Positions 63,885 through 64,000 of a stretch of 64,000 bases of DNA are shown in pieces. How positions within the stretch are numbered: position 1 is the first letter of the stretch; each line of letters starts with the position of its first letter. A program made the translations under genes and the position numbers. Source of the DNA: an uncultured archaeon. GTDB lineage: Archaea > Thermoproteota > Bathyarchaeia > Bathyarchaeales > Bathycorpusculaceae. The notes beneath the pieces were generated by a model that saw only the letters and a list, made by a program, of their open reading frames with translations, made no database searches and was not told where the DNA came from. The DNA lies in contig CAWENF010000004.1 of assembly GCA_963810275.1 (NCBI GenBank), forward strand, positions 40,906-104,905, read 5' to 3'.

Positions 63885-64000
63885 CAAATTACTTGGTGCT
63901 TCATGGGGGCTCTTATGCAGTTGTGACTGCATTGTGATACAACAAGAAGTTCCCAAGGAAATGCAGGGGTTATTCTTAATTATGTATTGGATTATTTTGC

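Overview
This is an archaeal chromosomal region. It is most likely TACK-group and probably Bathyarchaeia, inferred from gene content: rpl30e-nusA, Cdc6/Orc1, NucS, Lhr, pyruvoyl arginine decarboxylase, ApgM, SufCB-only Fe-S assembly, thiolase/DUF35, F420-dependent reductase and a group 4 [NiFe] hydrogenase. It holds about 60 genes and one tRNA-Pro(GGG). I found no CRISPR array, rRNA or intact mobile element. Many conserved genes are split by single-base indels, often in homopolymers; these look like sequencing or assembly errors rather than true pseudogenes. The standout is a translationally coupled three-gene operon (2559-5911). It encodes a short SMC ATPase with SMC5/6-type head motifs and no recognisable hinge, an Nse4-like kleisin and an Nse3/MAGE-like KITE protein, making it a candidate minimal archaeal Smc5/6 complex. 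Other notable items are a two-domain, eukaryotic RPB5-like Rpo5 detached from the RNA polymerase operon; a complex-I-like [NiFe] hydrogenase cluster with inverted nuoA-nuoH and no small subunit; a single-chain tandem bacterioferritin; tandem NrdR boxes 32 bp apart upstream of nrdR-nrdD-nrdG; a DUF4011 helicase-nuclease (Hhe-like defence protein); and several candidate structured RNAs, including a long leader before citrate synthase. All family assignments come from motif recognition by eye, and eukaryotic comparison motifs are recalled from memory. No searches were run.
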